From contig OZ234493.1 of assembly GCA_965153455.1 (NCBI GenBank), forward strand, positions 1,984,001 to 2,048,000: a stretch of 64,000 bases of DNA, in the 5' to 3' direction. The position numbers and the translations under genes were made by a program. Origin of the DNA: Sphagnum compactum (taxonomy: Eukaryota). Every line of letters begins with the position of its first letter. Within the stretch, counting starts at the first letter, position 1. The notes under the pieces were generated by a model. That model saw only the letters and a list, made by a program, of their open reading frames with translations, had not been told where the DNA came from and did not search any database. Positions 61,509 to 64,000 of the stretch are shown here, in pieces.

Positions 61509-63975
61509 ATGCCGACTTCTTTTGAATCTGGTAAGACTCTACTGGTATGAAGTTCGTTGCATTTTGTTTTGTTTGTCGACGGCGCACACAATTGCAGCGC
61601 GCTCTCGTCGAGAGCAGGCAGGCTTGAGAGCTCGAATGCAGCATCTGATGCCAACGTTCCGTTGAAATTCCGGACGAAACCTATTGATTCTTTGCGGAGT
61701 AGCCTGGACGATAGAGTCAGAAAAAATGCCACATCCACAGCTGTTATCTGTTGCTTTCTTTTGTCGGAGAAGAGATCCGGGAGTGAGACGAGTTGTTGTT
61801 GACTCCGCATTTTCGGTGTACTTAGCATTTCATGACTGATTTCTGGCTGTGCTATTGTGGTAAGCAATGTGTGCGTATTCGTAGCAGTTTCACGATTGCT
61901 CGCGACGCTTTACTGACGGGTGATTGTATACGCGCAACTGTTTTTCTTTGCAGATTCGATGGGGCTTAGAACACCTCCAGTGCAGGTGTCAAATTCTTTA
62001 GGAGATTCTTCACCATCGGCCAGACAGATTGATTTTGAAAACCAACTGAATGGTACGTGTCTAATAATTCAGGATTCCCAGTTTCTTTGTCTACAATTTT
62101 GAAACTCCTGGTTTGCTATAATTGCCTTTCCTACCAGAAGCAAAATAGTTCAAATGCACTCATGGAATTGGGAAGGGTTTAGGGTTTAGGAATTTCTGAA
62201 TCCATGATGTGTTTTGTGAACAGGATCAAGAGCGGGTGTATTTAATCCAAAAGTGTTGGTCATTGGACATCGTGGTTGCGGGAAAAATAATGCTACATCA
62301 AGTCAGGGAGAGGCAGTAGCAACAAGGCGGCCCTCCATCAGAGAAAACACCATTGCTTCTTTCAATGAGGCTGCCAGAAATGGAGTTGATTTTGTTGAAT
62401 TTGATGTCCAGGTAAAGCTCCCTACATATTTCCTTGTATAGCACATTTGTTTTGTGTGTCACTTGGCACTGGGAGATGGTTCCATGAGCAAATCTAAACT
62501 TTATGTGTTATTATTCTCATAACTGGCTTCATTCAACAGGTGACAAAGGATGGGCATCCTATCATTTTCCATGATACTCATATAATTGCGGAAGATATGG
62601 TATTTTTCTCCCTCCTGCTTGTAGTGGGTTAAGCATATATACTTTGTTTTCTTATCTTGAGTCATGACTGATGTGAGATTGTACCTCACATTATTGTAAG
62701 CTAATGCTACTAATTGGGGACTGATAATTAGACTGGAGAATTGGTGGGATTATAGTGTCAATCTTTTGGTAAATGTCTGACCATGGTGTTTTGCAGGTTC
62801 CCAGGAAAATTGGAGATATTACATTGCAGGAGTTTCTTGGCATGGGACCTCAAAAGGGATCTGATAAGGTATTGGAGTTTTCTGAACAAATCTCAAAGGA
62901 GTGCTGCAGGAGTTAATTAGGAGCTACAGCTAAAGATTGTAATGGAACAGCACTAGGGAGAGCAATCTTGCTTCACGACTTGGAGTAATGTGTTGTGTTT
63001 CAGATGAATTCTCTCATGCCTATGAATGTGCTTTTCTTGTTGAGTATAGATAAAAACTAAGAATTTTGTGGGTGCAGTACCAGGATACTGAAATTGTGTT
63101 GCTGGCACTTGTGCATAGGCAGAGAGAAGTCTTTACAGGAAGGCCAGGGATGGAACTGTGAGTCAATGGACTGCAACTACAGAGGATCCCCTTTGCACAC
63201 TTGAGGAGGCATTTAAGTGTGTGGATCCCTCTGTTGGCTTCAACATAGAAGTGAAATTTGATTACATTGAAGAAACTTCTGACCTGGAGTTACAGCGTGT
63301 GATTCATTGCACTGTGGAAGTAAGTATAATCCATCAACCTTGCAACTGCTATAGCTGTAAGTTTTTTCCTTTTCGTACTTTGTTTGCTTACATCACTAAT
63401 TGTTGAAGGCTTGAATCACTTGCTGTGCTGTTTTTGGGGTTCACAGACATGGAGAAAATGTTTTGATGTTTTGACTAAATAGTTTGTTTGATGGTTTCAA
63501 TTGCAGGGCATAGTGACAGAAGTGAATGCAGTCAGAACCATAAAATGTTTCACCAAAATGGTTTCACCACCAGACCAAATTAAACAGTAGAGAAATTCAG
63601 CTTTCTATGTGCAGCAGATATAAATTGTTTGTTGTGAATATGCAGATTGTCAGGCAGCATTCAAATGGACGAAAGATTTACCTTTCCAGCTTTCATCCTG
63701 ATGCTGTCCATCTCTTGGGGAGTTTGCAATCCACATATCCGGTATAGAAACAGTACTTGCATCCTTGGTTTATTACAAGCAATGATCCGCAATTACTGCC
63801 GCCGTTTTCCTTTCGATGCATTACTGTACCTGGTCTACAATTTAGTCAGGATAGTATATCCATATTTGTGGGTCTCTGTGTCTGCAGGTGTTTTTCTTGA
63901 CTCTTGGAGGCCTCTACAGATTTAATGATGAAAGAAGAAACTCAATTCAAGCTGCTATTACAGTTTGTCAACAAA
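61509..63975 (+). CDS. GDPD1: Glycerophosphodiester phosphodiesterase, GDPD1/SRG3-like; 3' end lies beyond the window
   Basis: Motifs VLVIGHRGCG, IRENTIASFNEA, VDFVEFDVQVTKDGHPIIFHD, LCTLEEAF, GFNIEVKF, SSFHPDA and YPVFFLT. Exons 61509-61530, 61954-62052, 62224-62411, 62540-62599, 62797-62868, 63119-63319, 63646-63741 and 63888-63975 are GT-AG and phase-compatible. An alternative start is ATG 61959. Confidence 0.93.
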
Positions 63976-64000
63976 GTATGTTATTTTTGTTCTTGCTGTT

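Noticed and set aside
61349-61867. 172-aa minus-strand ORF
   Set aside because: It is antisense to the GC-rich GDPD leader and first intron, has a non-ATG start and no domain.
62175-62190. TTTAGGG repeats here and at 10991-11006 as telomeric arrays
   Set aside because: Only two units each. These are intragenic telo-box motifs, not telomeres.
1773-63975. nsLTP, dirigent, DUF630/632 and GDPD as a biosynthetic gene cluster
   Set aside because: There is no scaffold-forming enzyme, the genes are widely spaced, and the sequence gives no evidence of a shared pathway.

Overview
Eukaryotic, AT-rich, CpG-depleted land-plant DNA with spliceosomal introns. The repeat landscape looks bryophyte-like, possibly Sphagnum (inference only). 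Three complete genes are supported: a secreted 8-Cys non-specific lipid transfer protein (1773-2203 +), a 6-exon DUF630/DUF632 protein (32654-36052 +) and a dirigent-domain protein with an apparent plastid transit peptide (38303-39031 -). A GDPD1-like glycerophosphodiester phosphodiesterase (61509 onward, +) runs off the window end and has a P1BS box upstream. Fossils include an intron-retaining THO complex subunit 7 pseudogene (11339-14041 +), a decayed Ty1/copia element, two 3' LINE fragments, a hAT-type MITE with an 8-bp TSD, an LTR-like remnant, and a decayed Crypton/DUF3504-like tyrosine recombinase (about 4100-5335 -). The main structural feature is a roughly 95% identical inverted duplication (18571-21586 plus 28305-28923 versus 53133-56725). 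It brackets a 24-kb segment holding the convergent DUF630/632 and dirigent genes. No CRISPR array, rRNA or tRNA was recognised. All alignments and translations were done by eye, so identities and some boundaries are approximate.
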